Made by a program: the position numbers and the translations under genes | The notes under the pieces: generated by a model | Told to the model about the DNA's origin: nothing | The model's database searches: none | What the model saw: only the letters and a program-made list of their open reading frames with translations | NCBI GenBank assembly: GCA_044867525.1 | Contig: JBIOVB010000016.1 | Location: 23,685-87,684, forward strand | Direction: 5' to 3' | DNA from: Acidimicrobiia bacterium | GTDB lineage: Bacteria; Actinomycetota; Acidimicrobiia; Spongiisociales; ZC4RG35 | Length of the DNA stretch: 64,000 nt | Shown here: positions 35,402-45,554 of the stretch, piece by piece | Numbering within the stretch: the stretch's first letter is position 1 | How the letters are laid out: each line of letters opens with the position of its first letter

Positions 35402-37123
35402 TCAACCCCCGGTGACGATCACGTCCGCCCGGCTCACCAGCACCGGGACATATGTGAAGTCGGGAGCAACCGTGAAGGCGCCTTCGAGAACCGCGCTTGC
35501 GACCAATGATGCGGTGAAATGGTCCCCGCCCGGCTCCAGCACGTTCAGTGTCTCCGGCCCCTGATCGACCCCGAAAACGATGTCGGGCTTGCCCGACCAG
35601 GTCGAGATGTTCCAGAACGGGCCGCTGGACGATGGGTTGTCCCTGGGCCCGGTGATGACCTCGTTCCAGGCGAAGAAAGAGGGCTTCTGATAGAGGGGGA
35701 TCGAGGCGACGTCGCCCAGATACAGGGAGTCGGCCTGGTTGTAGAGGGCGGCTCTGGCGTCTTCGTCCACCTCGGTCTCGGTCTGCTGGATCAGATCCTC
35801 GATCTCGTCGTTGCAGTACCTGTTGACGTTGATGTCCCCGAAACCACTGGGTGCCGCACCCTCGCAGTAATAGACCGTGTTCCGCCCCGATGGATCCGCT
35901 GCGCCGAACCAGGCGAAATTGAGGATCTGCCACACAGAGGAGTCCCCGTATATGAACTCGTTGGCGAAAACCCGGGTTGCCGGGCCGAAATCGGCGACGA
36001 CTTCGATCCCAACCTCGAGCAGGTCTTCCTGAGCCAGGTCGAACAGTGCCTCCCGCCCTTCGATGCCAGCAGTGGTGGCCCAGCGGAAGGACAGCCGCTG
36101 GCCGTCGCACACGTATATCCCATCCTCCCCCTCCACACACCCGTTGGCCGCCAGAAGCTCCCTCGCGGCCGCCGGGTCGTAGGTGAACTGCCCGAAATGG
36201 TCCTCGTAGTAGGGGGTCTCGGTGAGCCACACGGTGTTCCCGAGCGCAGTCGCCTCTTCGATCATCGGCCGAACCACCTCATCGAGGACTTCCTCTCGGT
36301 CGATCGCCCGGGCGAACGCCTCTCGGATGAACTTCTTGGACAGCAGCGGGTCGTCGTGGTTGAAGTCGATGTGCTCCCAGATCCGGCCCGGCCCGATCTC
36401 CGAGGTGACGTCGCCCATCGATGTGACCTCGTCGACCAATGACTCATTCGGTTCCGGGTAGAACATGTCGATTTCCTCATCCCGAAGGGCGTCCACCAGG
36501 GTCTCCGAGTCGCCAAGGAAATCGATGCGCACATTTTGGACGTCGCCCAACGGGGCTCCCGATGCCGGGTCGCTGGTCGCCCAGTAGTTCGGGTTGCGGG
36601 TGAGCGAAATGCTTTCCTCCGCGACGTACTCCGAGAATTGGAACGGCCCCGAGCCGAGCGTGATGGCCTCGTCCCAGGCCTCGTTGAACGGCTGATCGCC
36701 CAAGACGTGGGCCGGGAGCACGACGCTGAAGAGGTTCCTCCATGGGGCGTAGACCTCGGAGAAGATGGCGAGGAATGTCTTGTCATCCACCAACTCGTAG
36801 CCGGTGATGAGGCTGTAGCCCGATCGGCTCGCAATCTCCAGATCCTGGTCCTTGAGAGTCTCGAGGGTGAAGGCAAAATCGGACGCGGTGACCGGAGAGC
36901 CATCGGCCCACGCCGCGGCCGGCCGGATGTGATAGCGGACACAGAAGGCGTCAGGGCACTCGGGCGGCGGGGCAGCCGTGGTGGTCGCGGTCTCGACACT
37001 GGTCGTGGGGGCAGTGGTCGTCGTGGTGACTTCGGCCTCGCCGTTGCAGGCAGCAACCACGATGCCGATCACGAGCAAAAGGCGCGCTCGTGAGGCGAGT
37101 GCGCTACTGCGCGAGTCTCGCAA
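35402..37123 (-). CDS. ABC transporter substrate-binding lipoprotein (family 5, peptide/nickel type)
   Basis: Large SBP_bac_5-like body. Start reset to TTG 37123, with GGAGGG 7 nt upstream, which gives a lipoprotein signal (RARLLLVIGIVVAAC). No cognate permease or ATPase genes are adjacent. Confidence 0.7.
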   Translation of the reverse strand: MRDSRSSALASRARLLLVIGIVVAACNGEAEVTTTTTAPTTSVETATTTAAPPPECPDAFCVRYHIRPAAAWADGSPVTASDFAFTLETLKDQDLEIASRSGYSLITGYELVDDKTFLAIFSEVYAPWRNLFSVVLPAHVLGDQPFNEAWDEAITLGSGPFQFSEYVAEESISLTRNPNYWATSDPASGAPLGDVQNVRIDFLGDSETLVDALRDEEIDMFYPEPNESLVDEVTSMGDVTSEIGPGRIWEHIDFNHDDPLLSKKFIREAFARAIDREEVLDEVVRPMIEEATALGNTVWLTETPYYEDHFGQFTYDPAAARELLAANGCVEGEDGIYVCDGQRLSFRWATTAGIEGREALFDLAQEDLLEVGIEVVADFGPATRVFANEFIYGDSSVWQILNFAWFGAADPSGRNTVYYCEGAAPSGFGDINVNRYCNDEIEDLIQQTETEVDEDARAALYNQADSLYLGDVASIPLYQKPSFFAWNEVITGPRDNPSSSGPFWNISTWSGKPDIVFGVDQGPETLNVLEPGGDHFTASLVASAVLEGAFTVAPDFTYVPVLVSRADVIVTGG

Positions 37124-37274
37124 CTGTCGTCCCTCCGTCGTGTTGGCCTGTCGATCCCGGGGCCAAAGCCCCTCCCCGAGGATGCTCCATCCTGCTGTGG
37201 GCAGGTGGAAGCAGGTCGTGGGTGGGTAAAGGTAAAGCGGCGCCGTCACAACGCCAAGAATCCACCATGTGCGC

Positions 37275-38366
37275 TCAGTTGTCGGGAGCCGGCTCCGGCA
37301 CTTCGGAGATCACGTCGTGACGGTGCGTCGACGACTCCGAGATCAGGGCCTGGATGATCCCCGCCGTGGGCAAAGCGAGGACGATGCCGATCCCTCCGAG
37401 AAGGGCCCCGCCAATGAGGATGGCCGCGATCGAGATCGCGGGGTGGATCTCCATGGTCCTCTTGGTGATGCGGGGGGCGATGAGGTAGTTCTCAACCTGT
37501 TGGTAGAGGACGAAGTAGACGACCACCCATATCGCAGTGGTCGGGCCCTCGGCTGAGAGCGCCACGACTGCGGGGAGGATGGCGGCGAGGTAGGTGCCGA
37601 TGACGGGGATGAACTGACTGAGCACCCCCACCCAGATCCCAAGAGACACCGCGAACGGGACGCCGAGAAACGAGAGGACAACGGTGGAGAGGAAGGCGCT
37701 GAGAATGGCCAGTATCAGCCTCGAGTAGATGTAGCCACCCATCTTCTCGACCGCGACATCCCAGACGTGCAGAGCCTCTCGCTGACGATCGGGGGGCATG
37801 AATGACAGGACGGTGTGCTGCAGCTTGGGGAGCTCGGCAACTATGTAGAAGGTGAAGATGCCGACCGTGGTGGCAAAGATCAGGAAGTTGAAAACACCGG
37901 TGGTTACTCCGATCAGGCCTCCGACGAGTGTCCCGGCGAAATTGCCGAGAGCGTCACGGACGGACTCTCCCTCCTCGGCGACCTGGAGATCGGAGAGCTG
38001 GACGCCAAATGTGTCCTCGATGAACTGCGCCAGAGTTGTGACGTACCCGGGTGCGGCGTCGACCAATTGGTCGATCTGGCGGACGAAGAGCGGCACCAGA
38101 GCGATGAAGAAGACCACGACCAGAGCTAATGCGGCGAGGAAGACGACGCCGGTGGCCGCACCCCGTCGCCAGCCCCGTTTCTCGAGATAGTGCACCGGGG
38201 GCTCGATCGCCACCGCGACGAATATCGAGACGAACACCATGAACAGGATGTTGCTGAGGCGGTAGATCAGCCACAGCGCCGCGGCGGTGACCACGAGGAC
38301 GCCGGCGATGACAAGAGTCCTTCTTCGAAACTGCTTGCTGTCGGCCTTATCCGCTGCCGTGGGCAT
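37275..38366 (-). CDS. AI-2E family transporter (PerM/UPF0118)
   Basis: 363-aa polytopic protein with the typical AI-2E arrangement. A TACTCT hexamer lies 8 nt upstream of the ATG. Confidence 0.75.
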   Translation of the reverse strand: MPTAADKADSKQFRRRTLVIAGVLVVTAAALWLIYRLSNILFMVFVSIFVAVAIEPPVHYLEKRGWRRGAATGVVFLAALALVVVFFIALVPLFVRQIDQLVDAAPGYVTTLAQFIEDTFGVQLSDLQVAEEGESVRDALGNFAGTLVGGLIGVTTGVFNFLIFATTVGIFTFYIVAELPKLQHTVLSFMPPDRQREALHVWDVAVEKMGGYIYSRLILAILSAFLSTVVLSFLGVPFAVSLGIWVGVLSQFIPVIGTYLAAILPAVVALSAEGPTTAIWVVVYFVLYQQVENYLIAPRITKRTMEIHPAISIAAILIGGALLGGIGIVLALPTAGIIQALISESSTHRHDVISEVPEPAPDN

Positions 38367-38374
38367 CGTCGGGG

Positions 38375-38380
38375 AGAGTA
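38375..38380 (-). promoter_or_regulatory. -10-like hexamer TACTCT, 8 nt upstream of the AI-2E transporter ATG 38366
   Basis: The plus strand reads AGAGTA. Confidence 0.4.
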
Positions 38381-38437
38381 GGCGGCGACGGGAACGGTAC
38401 GGGGAAACTCCTAGCCTCCGCCTGTGGAACTTCGATC

Positions 38438-40378
38438 ATGACCGAGTCCTACGAGGTCGTATGGCGGCCGGGTCCGGAGCGGGCCGCCGCCACCCACACC
38501 AGCGCGTTCATGGCCACCCACGGGATCGACGATTTCGAGGCGCTCCGGCGACGATCCGTCGCCGACCCCGACTGGTTCTGGTCCGAGGTTGTCGGGTTCC
38601 TCGGACTGCCATTCGATCGCCCCTGGAGGGCGGTCAGCGACACCTCGCGAGGCGAGCAATGGACCACCTGGTTCACCGGCTCGATGTTCAACCTGAGCCG
38701 AGCCTGTGTCGACCGGTGGGCGGATGCCGATCCCACCCGCATCGCCGTTCGCTCAGAACGGGAGGACGGGACGACCAACGAGCTCACATTCGGTGAGCTG
38801 CTCGCCGAGGTGGCCGCCTTCGCGGGAGGGCTCGCTTCGCTCGGGGTGGGCCCTGGTGATCCGGTGGCCCTCTTCCTCCCGATGTCGTGGCAGGCCGTGG
38901 TGGCCTTTCTGGCGACAGCCCGACTCGGAGGGATCGTCGTCCCCATCTTCTCGGGGTTCGGCGCAGAGGCTGTGGCCGGAAGGTTGATCGACCCCAAGCC
39001 GAAGGTCGTCGTCTGCGCCAACGGCTTTCAACGTCGGGGCCAAATGGTCGGTATGAAGAGAGTTGCAGACCAGGCGATCGAGTTGGCGGGAGGCATCGAG
39101 AAGGTGGTCGTTGCCGACTACGCCGGCCCTGCTCCTGTCATGATCCAGGGACGGGACATCTCGTGGTCTGAGATGGTGGCCACGGCCGCGCCGGCCGCTC
39201 CGGCGGCTACCGGGGCCGAGGACCCGTTTCTCATCGCCTACACCTCGGGAACCACCGGCACGCCAAAGGGGGCGGTCCACGTCCATGCCGGCTTCACCAC
39301 CCAGGTCGCCGCCGAGGGGGCATTCCAATTCGACATCCATCGAGAGGATGTCGTGATGTGGGCCACTGACATCGGCTGGATCATGGGACCGTGGGTGATC
39401 ATCGCTGCGCTTGCAAACGGCGCCGCTGTCGCCACCTTCGACGGTGCTCCGGACCATCCTGGGCCGGACCGCCTGTGGCAGGTCACCGCGGACCTCGGAG
39501 TCAGCGTCCTCGGGATCTCCCCCACCCTGATCCGCTCCCTGAAACGGCACGGGGCAGGAGAAGCTGGCAAGCACGACCTATCCCGGCTCAAGACCTTCGG
39601 CTCGACCGGAGAGCCCTGGAACCCCGACCCTTGGTGGTGGCTGTTCGACGAGATCGGTGGGTGTGAGCGACCCATCATCAACATCTCGGGCGGCACCGAG
39701 ATCGGGGCCTGCCTGTTGTCGGTGAACCTGCTGCAGGGCATGAAGCCGACCTCCGTGGGGGGCCCGGCGCTGGGTGTCGGCACCGACATCGTCGACAGCC
39801 ATGGCAACTCGGTGCGGGGTGAGGTCGGCGAGCTCGCGGTGCACGGCTCCTGGCCGGGTCGGACCCGGGGCTTCTGGAATGACCCCGAGCGCTACCTCGC
39901 CACCTATTGGGAGAGGTTCGAGGGCCTCTGGGTGCACGGCGACTGGGCATCTGTGGACGAGGACGGGTTCTGGTACCTCCACGGGCGCTCGGACGACACG
40001 CTCAACATCGCCGGGAAACGGATAGGCCCGGCCGAGATCGAGTCCCTGGCAGTTGCCTTGCCGGAGGTGGCGATGGCGGCCGCGGTCGGGGTGCCAGATG
40101 AGGTGAAAGGGGAGGCGATCGTTCTCTACCTGGTGGCGGCTCCGGGGTCCAACCCCGACGACGCCATCACTGCCCGGGTGGAGGCGGCGGTAGTGGCCGG
40201 CCTCGGAAAGAGCTTTCGCCCGAAGACGGTCGAATGGGTCGGGGACCTCCCTCGCACCCGCTCGGCCAAGATCATGCGGCGGGTGGTGAAGGCGCTCGCT
40301 CTCGGGGAGGAGGCGGGGGACCTGTCCAGTTTGGAGAATCCGGAGAGTCTGAAAGAGATCACCCTGCTGAGACGATGA
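38438..40378 (+). CDS. Acetyl-CoA synthetase-like AMP-forming acyl-CoA synthetase
   Basis: ACAS_N-like N-terminus (DPDWFWSEV...WF.GS.FN). AMP-binding motif AYTSGTTGTPKGA. The C-terminus carries PRTRSAKIMRR. Confidence 0.8.
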   Translation: MTESYEVVWRPGPERAAATHTSAFMATHGIDDFEALRRRSVADPDWFWSEVVGFLGLPFDRPWRAVSDTSRGEQWTTWFTGSMFNLSRACVDRWADADPTRIAVRSEREDGTTNELTFGELLAEVAAFAGGLASLGVGPGDPVALFLPMSWQAVVAFLATARLGGIVVPIFSGFGAEAVAGRLIDPKPKVVVCANGFQRRGQMVGMKRVADQAIELAGGIEKVVVADYAGPAPVMIQGRDISWSEMVATAAPAAPAATGAEDPFLIAYTSGTTGTPKGAVHVHAGFTTQVAAEGAFQFDIHREDVVMWATDIGWIMGPWVIIAALANGAAVATFDGAPDHPGPDRLWQVTADLGVSVLGISPTLIRSLKRHGAGEAGKHDLSRLKTFGSTGEPWNPDPWWWLFDEIGGCERPIINISGGTEIGACLLSVNLLQGMKPTSVGGPALGVGTDIVDSHGNSVRGEVGELAVHGSWPGRTRGFWNDPERYLATYWERFEGLWVHGDWASVDEDGFWYLHGRSDDTLNIAGKRIGPAEIESLAVALPEVAMAAAVGVPDEVKGEAIVLYLVAAPGSNPDDAITARVEAAVVAGLGKSFRPKTVEWVGDLPRTRSAKIMRRVVKALALGEEAGDLSSLENPESLKEITLLRR

Positions 40379-40970
40379 CGAACGGTGGTGCGGGGTCGTA
40401 TTGGATCGCCTTTTGCACCTCCCGCGCTCGCTCCTGGGTGACCAGCCGGCCTACGAGGTAGAGGGCCATGTCGATCCCTGCCGACACGCCGGCCGCGGTG
40501 ATCACCTCACCGGAGTCCACGAACCGATCATCTGGCCTGATCTCGATGGTGGGATCGAGCTCACGGAGCGCATCCAACCGGGACCAGTATGTGGTGGCCG
40601 GGCGGTTGCGGAGGATTCCCGCATCGGCCAGCACCAATGACCCGGTGCAGACCGAGGTGATGAGAGTCCCGCGCTCCGCGAGCTCCCGGAGCCAATTGGC
40701 AATGTGCTGGTCCCCGATCTGACGCCTCGTGCCGAAACCTCCCGGGTAGACGATCACATCGAGCTCCCCGGCTTCGGCAACCGGGAACTGGGTCTTGATC
40801 TCCATTCCCTTGGCACAGGTGACAATCTCGCCATCGAGGGAGATCGTGAAGACCTCTGCACCGTCTTCGGGCCAGCTGAGCTGCCACATCCGGAGCACTT
40901 CCCAGGGACCAACGAGGTCGAGCTCCTCCATTCCATCGAAGCACACCAGGCCGATCCGGATCGTGGTCAT
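40359..40970 (-). CDS. DJ-1/PfpI family protein
   Basis: Nucleophile elbow (SVCTGSLVLADAG) and 203 aa. The 3' end overlaps the acs-like gene convergently by 20 nt. Confidence 0.8.
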   Translation of the reverse strand: MTTIRIGLVCFDGMEELDLVGPWEVLRMWQLSWPEDGAEVFTISLDGEIVTCAKGMEIKTQFPVAEAGELDVIVYPGGFGTRRQIGDQHIANWLRELAERGTLITSVCTGSLVLADAGILRNRPATTYWSRLDALRELDPTIEIRPDDRFVDSGEVITAAGVSAGIDMALYLVGRLVTQERAREVQKAIQYDPAPPFVIVSAG

Positions 40971-40976
40971 CCTTTG

Positions 40977-40982
40977 AAGCTA
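40977..40982 (-). promoter_or_regulatory. -10-like hexamer TAGCTT, 6 nt upstream of the DJ-1/PfpI ATG 40970
   Basis: The plus strand reads AAGCTA. Confidence 0.4.
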
Positions 40983-41019
40983 CCAGTGACCACCTCACCA
41001 GCCTGCTGATATAGAGCGG

Positions 41020-41793
41020 ATGATCGGTGTGTTCGATTCCGGGCTCGGCGGGCTTGGCGTCCTCGCCCATGTCCGCAGGGAGCTCCCGGATGCCGACCTC
41101 CTCTACCTTGCCGACCAGGCGCGAGCTCCCTACGGAATACGGTCTCTCGAAGAGGTGGCCGTCATCTCGGAGCAAGTGACAGAGTGGCTCCTGGAACAGG
41201 GTGCGACCACGATCGTGTTTGCCTGCAACACGGCCTCCGCGGCCGCCCTCAATCGGGTGCGCGCATCCCATCCCGAGGTCCCGTGCGTGGGGATGGAGCC
41301 GGCGGTCAAGCCGGCGGCCCTGGTCACGAAGTCCGGGGTCATCGGAGTGTTGGCGACCGCGGCGACATTTCAGGGTGAGCTGTTTGCCTCAGTGGTTTCC
41401 CGGCACGCAGCCGGATTGGAGGTCCTCACCGCGGCATGCCCACGATGGGTCGAGCTGGTGGAGGCCGGAATCCTCGCCGGCGACGAGGCCGAAACAGCTG
41501 TGAGCGCATGCCTGGAGCCCGTCCTCTCCGGTGGCGCCGATGTCCTTGTACTCGGCTGCACCCACTTCCCATTCCTCCAGGAGGTCATCGGGGCGGTCGC
41601 CGGGCCCGAGGTGACGATCGTCGACCCTGCGCCAGCAGTCGCCCAGCAAGTCGTGCGAGTCCATCGCGCCCGATCCGGCCGGCGCGCCCTCCGCCTTGCC
41701 ACCTCGGGGTCCCCCAGGCTCCTGGAGCAATTGGCACGGGAGCTGGCCGGGATCGAGGCCACCGAACCGGCCCTAGCCTGGTCTCCTCCATGA
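41020..41793 (+). CDS. murI: Glutamate racemase
   Basis: IGVFDSGLGGL, ACNTAS and GCTHFP motifs. Confidence 0.9.
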   Translation: MIGVFDSGLGGLGVLAHVRRELPDADLLYLADQARAPYGIRSLEEVAVISEQVTEWLLEQGATTIVFACNTASAAALNRVRASHPEVPCVGMEPAVKPAALVTKSGVIGVLATAATFQGELFASVVSRHAAGLEVLTAACPRWVELVEAGILAGDEAETAVSACLEPVLSGGADVLVLGCTHFPFLQEVIGAVAGPEVTIVDPAPAVAQQVVRVHRARSGRRALRLATSGSPRLLEQLARELAGIEATEPALAWSPP

Positions 41794-42911
41794 GCGGACC
41801 CATCACTGGCCTCGAGACATTGGTGCCTTGGCGCTCCAGGCCCGATGTTGCCTGGGTCAGGGAGGGGTTTGCCCTCTATGGCTGGGGTGAAGCTGTGCGA
41901 TTCGACCCGGGCACGGGGACCGAGCGCTTCGAGCGGGCTCGGGAGGCAGTGGGCGAAGCGCCCGGTGGGATCGGGCTCGCAACCTTCACCTTTGACCAGG
42001 AAGAACCGGGATCTGTGGTCATCGTCCCTTCGACATTGGTCGAGGTGACCGAAAGCGGGATCCGGCTGCTGTTCGGTGATCCAGAGCTGATCCCCATTGC
42101 CGACGACATACCTTCCATGCCGGCGGGCCGGGTCGTCCGGGAAGACTGGGATATGTGGGCCGCGATCGTGGCGTCGGCAATGAGCGCGGTCTCTCGTGGC
42201 GAGGTGGAGAAGGTGGTCATCTCCAGGACCGTCGACCTGGCATTCGAATCTGCAGTGCCAATCGAGGAGTTGGCGGCTCGCCTCGCCCGAGCCCAGGGCG
42301 GATCGCACACCTTCATGATCGACGGGTTGGTCGGATCGAGCCCTGAGCTCCTCGTATCCAAGCACGGGGCAACGGTGCGGTCGCTGTCGCTGGCGGGCTC
42401 GGCCGATTGGCTCAGCCCCATGGCTTCCACCAGGCTCGAATCACCGAAGATGGCCGTCGAGCACGGGCTGGCCGCAGATTCGGTCGAGGAGGCCCTAGTG
42501 CCCTTCTGTGTCACCCTGACCCGGGAGCCGACCACCGTGAAGTCTTATGCCGACATCGCCCATCTCGCCACCGCATTCGCCGGTGAGGTGCTGGCTGGCA
42601 TCCAGGTCACAGATCTCGTCGCCGCCCTTCACCCCACGGCTGCGGTGGCAGGGACGCCGACGAAGGCTGCGGTCGAGCTGATCAGGGAGATCGAGCCGCA
42701 AGGGAGGGGCCGCTATGCCGGACCGGTCGGCTGGCTGGACGCTGGTGGCGACGGTGAGTTCGCCATTGCCCTGCGATGCGGGACGGTCTCGGGAAAGAAC
42801 CTGGTGCTTCACACCGGGGTCGGGCTCGTCGAAGGGTCGGACCCAGCCGCCGAGTTCGAGGAGACCCGGATCAAGCTCAGGCCGATGCTGAGGGCGCTCG
42901 GTATCAGCTGA
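41790..42911 (+). CDS. menF: Isochorismate synthase
   Basis: Start at ATG 41790 (ATGA overlap with the murI stop; the upstream part of the track ORF is a frame artefact). It has the chorismate-binding C-terminal motif GRGRYAGPVGW ... AIALRC ... GVGLV.GSDP. Confidence 0.8.
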   Translation: MSGPITGLETLVPWRSRPDVAWVREGFALYGWGEAVRFDPGTGTERFERAREAVGEAPGGIGLATFTFDQEEPGSVVIVPSTLVEVTESGIRLLFGDPELIPIADDIPSMPAGRVVREDWDMWAAIVASAMSAVSRGEVEKVVISRTVDLAFESAVPIEELAARLARAQGGSHTFMIDGLVGSSPELLVSKHGATVRSLSLAGSADWLSPMASTRLESPKMAVEHGLAADSVEEALVPFCVTLTREPTTVKSYADIAHLATAFAGEVLAGIQVTDLVAALHPTAAVAGTPTKAAVELIREIEPQGRGRYAGPVGWLDAGGDGEFAIALRCGTVSGKNLVLHTGVGLVEGSDPAAEFEETRIKLRPMLRALGIS

Positions 42912-44598
42912 GCTCGGAGAGCACGGCCCGAGCCATTTCATCGAGGCTGCGTCGCAGTTTGAGGTCCCGCTCTCGATCGACCGCCACCACGAGCGCGTGA
43001 GCGCCGCCGTGGTCGAGGCGGGCATCTATTTCGGATGCGAGGTCGGCAATCGGGCCGGCGGTGGAAGCCTGCAAGCCGCGATCTCCGGCGAGACGGACCA
43101 GGTCGAGGCCGTGAGGGGCGACGAAGAGCCGCTCGAAATCGGGGGCGTGCACCGCCTGTGGCAACAGGTCGAAGAGCCCACCCCCGTCGTTGTCTACCAC
43201 CACGAAGACCACGTTTCCCAGGCGATCAGATATCAGGCCGTTGCCGTCGTGGAGCATCGAGAGGTCACCGGCGAGGACCACGGTCCGGGGCAGAACAGAC
43301 GCCACCCCGAGCCCGGTCGACACCAGGCCATCGATCCCCGACGCCCCCCGATTGGCGAAGATCGGCCCCGGGTGCACGGTGTGGGCATCCACGTCGCGAA
43401 TCGGCATCGAGGATGCAGCAACCAGGGCCTCCCATTTCGACCCGGAGAGGGCACGAGCCACTCCCGGCCCGCTTGGATCCTCCCCGACACCTACCTCCTC
43501 GTCTAGTGCGGAGCGCATCGCCCGCTCGGCTGCGAACCATCGCTGTCTCCAGTCGTGATCGGCGCTCACCTGCCCCGAGAGGCCGGCGAGCGTGGCAGAC
43601 GGATCGGCTTGGACCATGCGGGCGCCGTCCCGGCGTGGGTCCTGCCATGAGCCCCAACGGTCGATGGAAACCTGCGGGCAATCAATGGCAGTCAGGTCTC
43701 GGAGGCGGTCGCTGGGGCCGATCCTGCCCACGGCAACCACCATCCCCGGCCGCAACTCTTCGGGTACGCCGGAAACGAGGAGATGGTGGTAAGTGGTGAT
43801 GACCTCCTGGGCCCTGAGCCCGGCCTGGGCGGTCGCCAGCACCGGCCAGCCGAGGCGCGCCGTGGCGGTGACCAGCTCCTCTCGGTCGTATTCGCCCTCA
43901 CCTGCGATCACCAGCCCATTTGGGTTGGACGGAGCGTCCAGATGGGCGCCGGCAAGTGGGGCAGAGGCGTGTTCCTGCCACGGGCGGCCATCGGCCCGGC
44001 CCTCGATCGGATGCGGGTAGACCTCGCCGCTCGACCTTCCGTCGTCCGTCACCGGGACGGTCGGCTCCCGAAAGGCCACATTGAGGTGGACCGGCCCCGG
44101 AAGGTGGCCGTGTCCGAGTGCCCTCGCCGCCGCCTGGGAGATCGTGCTCCGCCAGTATCGATCGCCATCGAGGCCGGCTTCGGCAGGGCCGATATTGCAG
44201 GACCAGCGAACCCTGCCTCCGAAGATCCCATCCTGGTCGATCGTCTGATTTGCTCCGACATGTAGCGCTTCAGGGGGCCGGTCCGCCGAGATCACGATGA
44301 GCGGCACCGCCGAGAGGTCCGCTTCGATCACCGCGGGAAGGTGGTTGGCGACTGCGGTGCCCGAGGTGGAGACGACGACGGCGGGCTTGCGGGTGGCCAT
44401 GGCCCTGCCCAGCGCCCAGAAAGCAGCCGATCTCTCATCCAGCACCACCCGGGTCTCCACAGCCGGATGCTCGTGGAAGGCGATCGACAGGGCGGCCGAA
44501 CGCGAGCCGGGGGAAACTGCTGCAAACCTCAGCCCGTGGCGGGTCAACTCGTCGACCAGAGCGCGCGCCAGGGCTGTGCTCGCGTTTGGTTGGCTCAA
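42904..44598 (-). CDS. menD: SEPHCHC synthase (2-succinyl-5-enolpyruvyl-6-hydroxy-3-cyclohexene-1-carboxylate synthase)
   Basis: 564-aa ThDP enzyme with the typical MenD N-terminus (LARALVDELTRHGLRFAAVSPGSRS) and a GDLS..HD ThDP motif. Confidence 0.85.
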   Translation of the reverse strand: MSQPNASTALARALVDELTRHGLRFAAVSPGSRSAALSIAFHEHPAVETRVVLDERSAAFWALGRAMATRKPAVVVSTSGTAVANHLPAVIEADLSAVPLIVISADRPPEALHVGANQTIDQDGIFGGRVRWSCNIGPAEAGLDGDRYWRSTISQAAARALGHGHLPGPVHLNVAFREPTVPVTDDGRSSGEVYPHPIEGRADGRPWQEHASAPLAGAHLDAPSNPNGLVIAGEGEYDREELVTATARLGWPVLATAQAGLRAQEVITTYHHLLVSGVPEELRPGMVVAVGRIGPSDRLRDLTAIDCPQVSIDRWGSWQDPRRDGARMVQADPSATLAGLSGQVSADHDWRQRWFAAERAMRSALDEEVGVGEDPSGPGVARALSGSKWEALVAASSMPIRDVDAHTVHPGPIFANRGASGIDGLVSTGLGVASVLPRTVVLAGDLSMLHDGNGLISDRLGNVVFVVVDNDGGGLFDLLPQAVHAPDFERLFVAPHGLDLVRLAGDRGLQASTAGPIADLASEIDARLDHGGAHALVVAVDRERDLKLRRSLDEMARAVLSELS

Positions 44599-45554
44599 GT
44601 CAACACCTCTGCCGCCGACCTGACCTTACGCAGCATCTCGGCGGCCTGATCCCGGTCCGGGCGCCAACGCGCCAGGAGATCGGGATCAGGCTCGGGTCGC
44701 CTGACTTCGAGCATGCCGTCCAGGGAGACCAGGGGATCCAGGGTGGGATCTCCCTCGATCAGGGCAACCGTGCCCAAGCCGCAGGCGTAGGGCAACTCCG
44801 GGAGCAGTGACGCCACCAGCAGCCCGCAATAGATGCCAACCGAGGTCTCGAGCGCCGAGGACACCACGACCGGGATGCCCGCCCTGGCCGCGATGTCCAG
44901 AGCGCGGTTGACCCCGCCAAGTGGCTGGACCTTGAGTACGAGGACGTCGGCGGCACCGATCTCGGCAACTTCGAGCGGGTCCGGTCGGAGCCGCACCAAC
45001 TCGTCTGCAGCCAGTCTGACCCCGGTGCGACGCTTGAGCTCGACCATTTCCTCCAGGCTGGCCACCGGCTGCTCCGCGTATTCGAGGTCGAACCTGGAGA
45101 GTGAGATGAGGCGTTCCGTTGCCGTATCCAGGTCCCAGGCCGCATTGACGTCGATGCGAATCTTGCCTTCGGGGCCGAGGGCGTCCCGCACCGCTCCCAG
45201 CCGAGCTTCGTCCTCCGAGGCCGGCTGGCCGGCCTCCCCCACCTTGACCTTGGCAGTCGAGGCCCCGGACTCCAGGACCAAGCCGGTTGCCACGTCCGGC
45301 GAAACCGCCGGAACGGTGACGTTGACCGGAATTCGCTCCCGGCCCGGCTCGGGCAGGGCGCCGCAAGCCGCTTCCAGGGCGGCTGCGAGCCATCGCGTGG
45401 TCACCTCGGGTGGATAGTCGGGAAAAGGCGAGAACTCCCCCCAGCCCTCCGGCCCCCGGATGAGAACCCCTTCCCTGTGATCGACTCGCCGGAAGCGATG
45501 CCGCATCGGGATGCGGAACGGGTGCAGCTCGAGCGCTTCGAGGAGGGCGCTCAT
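44595..45554 (-). CDS. menC: o-Succinylbenzoate synthase (enolase superfamily)
   Basis: Start at ATG 45554 (ATGA overlap with the cytochrome c stop). The sequence LHPFRIPMRHRFR...KVKVG...DVNAAW...EQP is the MenC pattern. Coordinates follow the ORF track. Confidence 0.8.
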   Translation of the reverse strand: MSALLEALELHPFRIPMRHRFRRVDHREGVLIRGPEGWGEFSPFPDYPPEVTTRWLAAALEAACGALPEPGRERIPVNVTVPAVSPDVATGLVLESGASTAKVKVGEAGQPASEDEARLGAVRDALGPEGKIRIDVNAAWDLDTATERLISLSRFDLEYAEQPVASLEEMVELKRRTGVRLAADELVRLRPDPLEVAEIGAADVLVLKVQPLGGVNRALDIAARAGIPVVVSSALETSVGIYCGLLVASLLPELPYACGLGTVALIEGDPTLDPLVSLDGMLEVRRPEPDPDLLARWRPDRDQAAEMLRKVRSAAEVLT

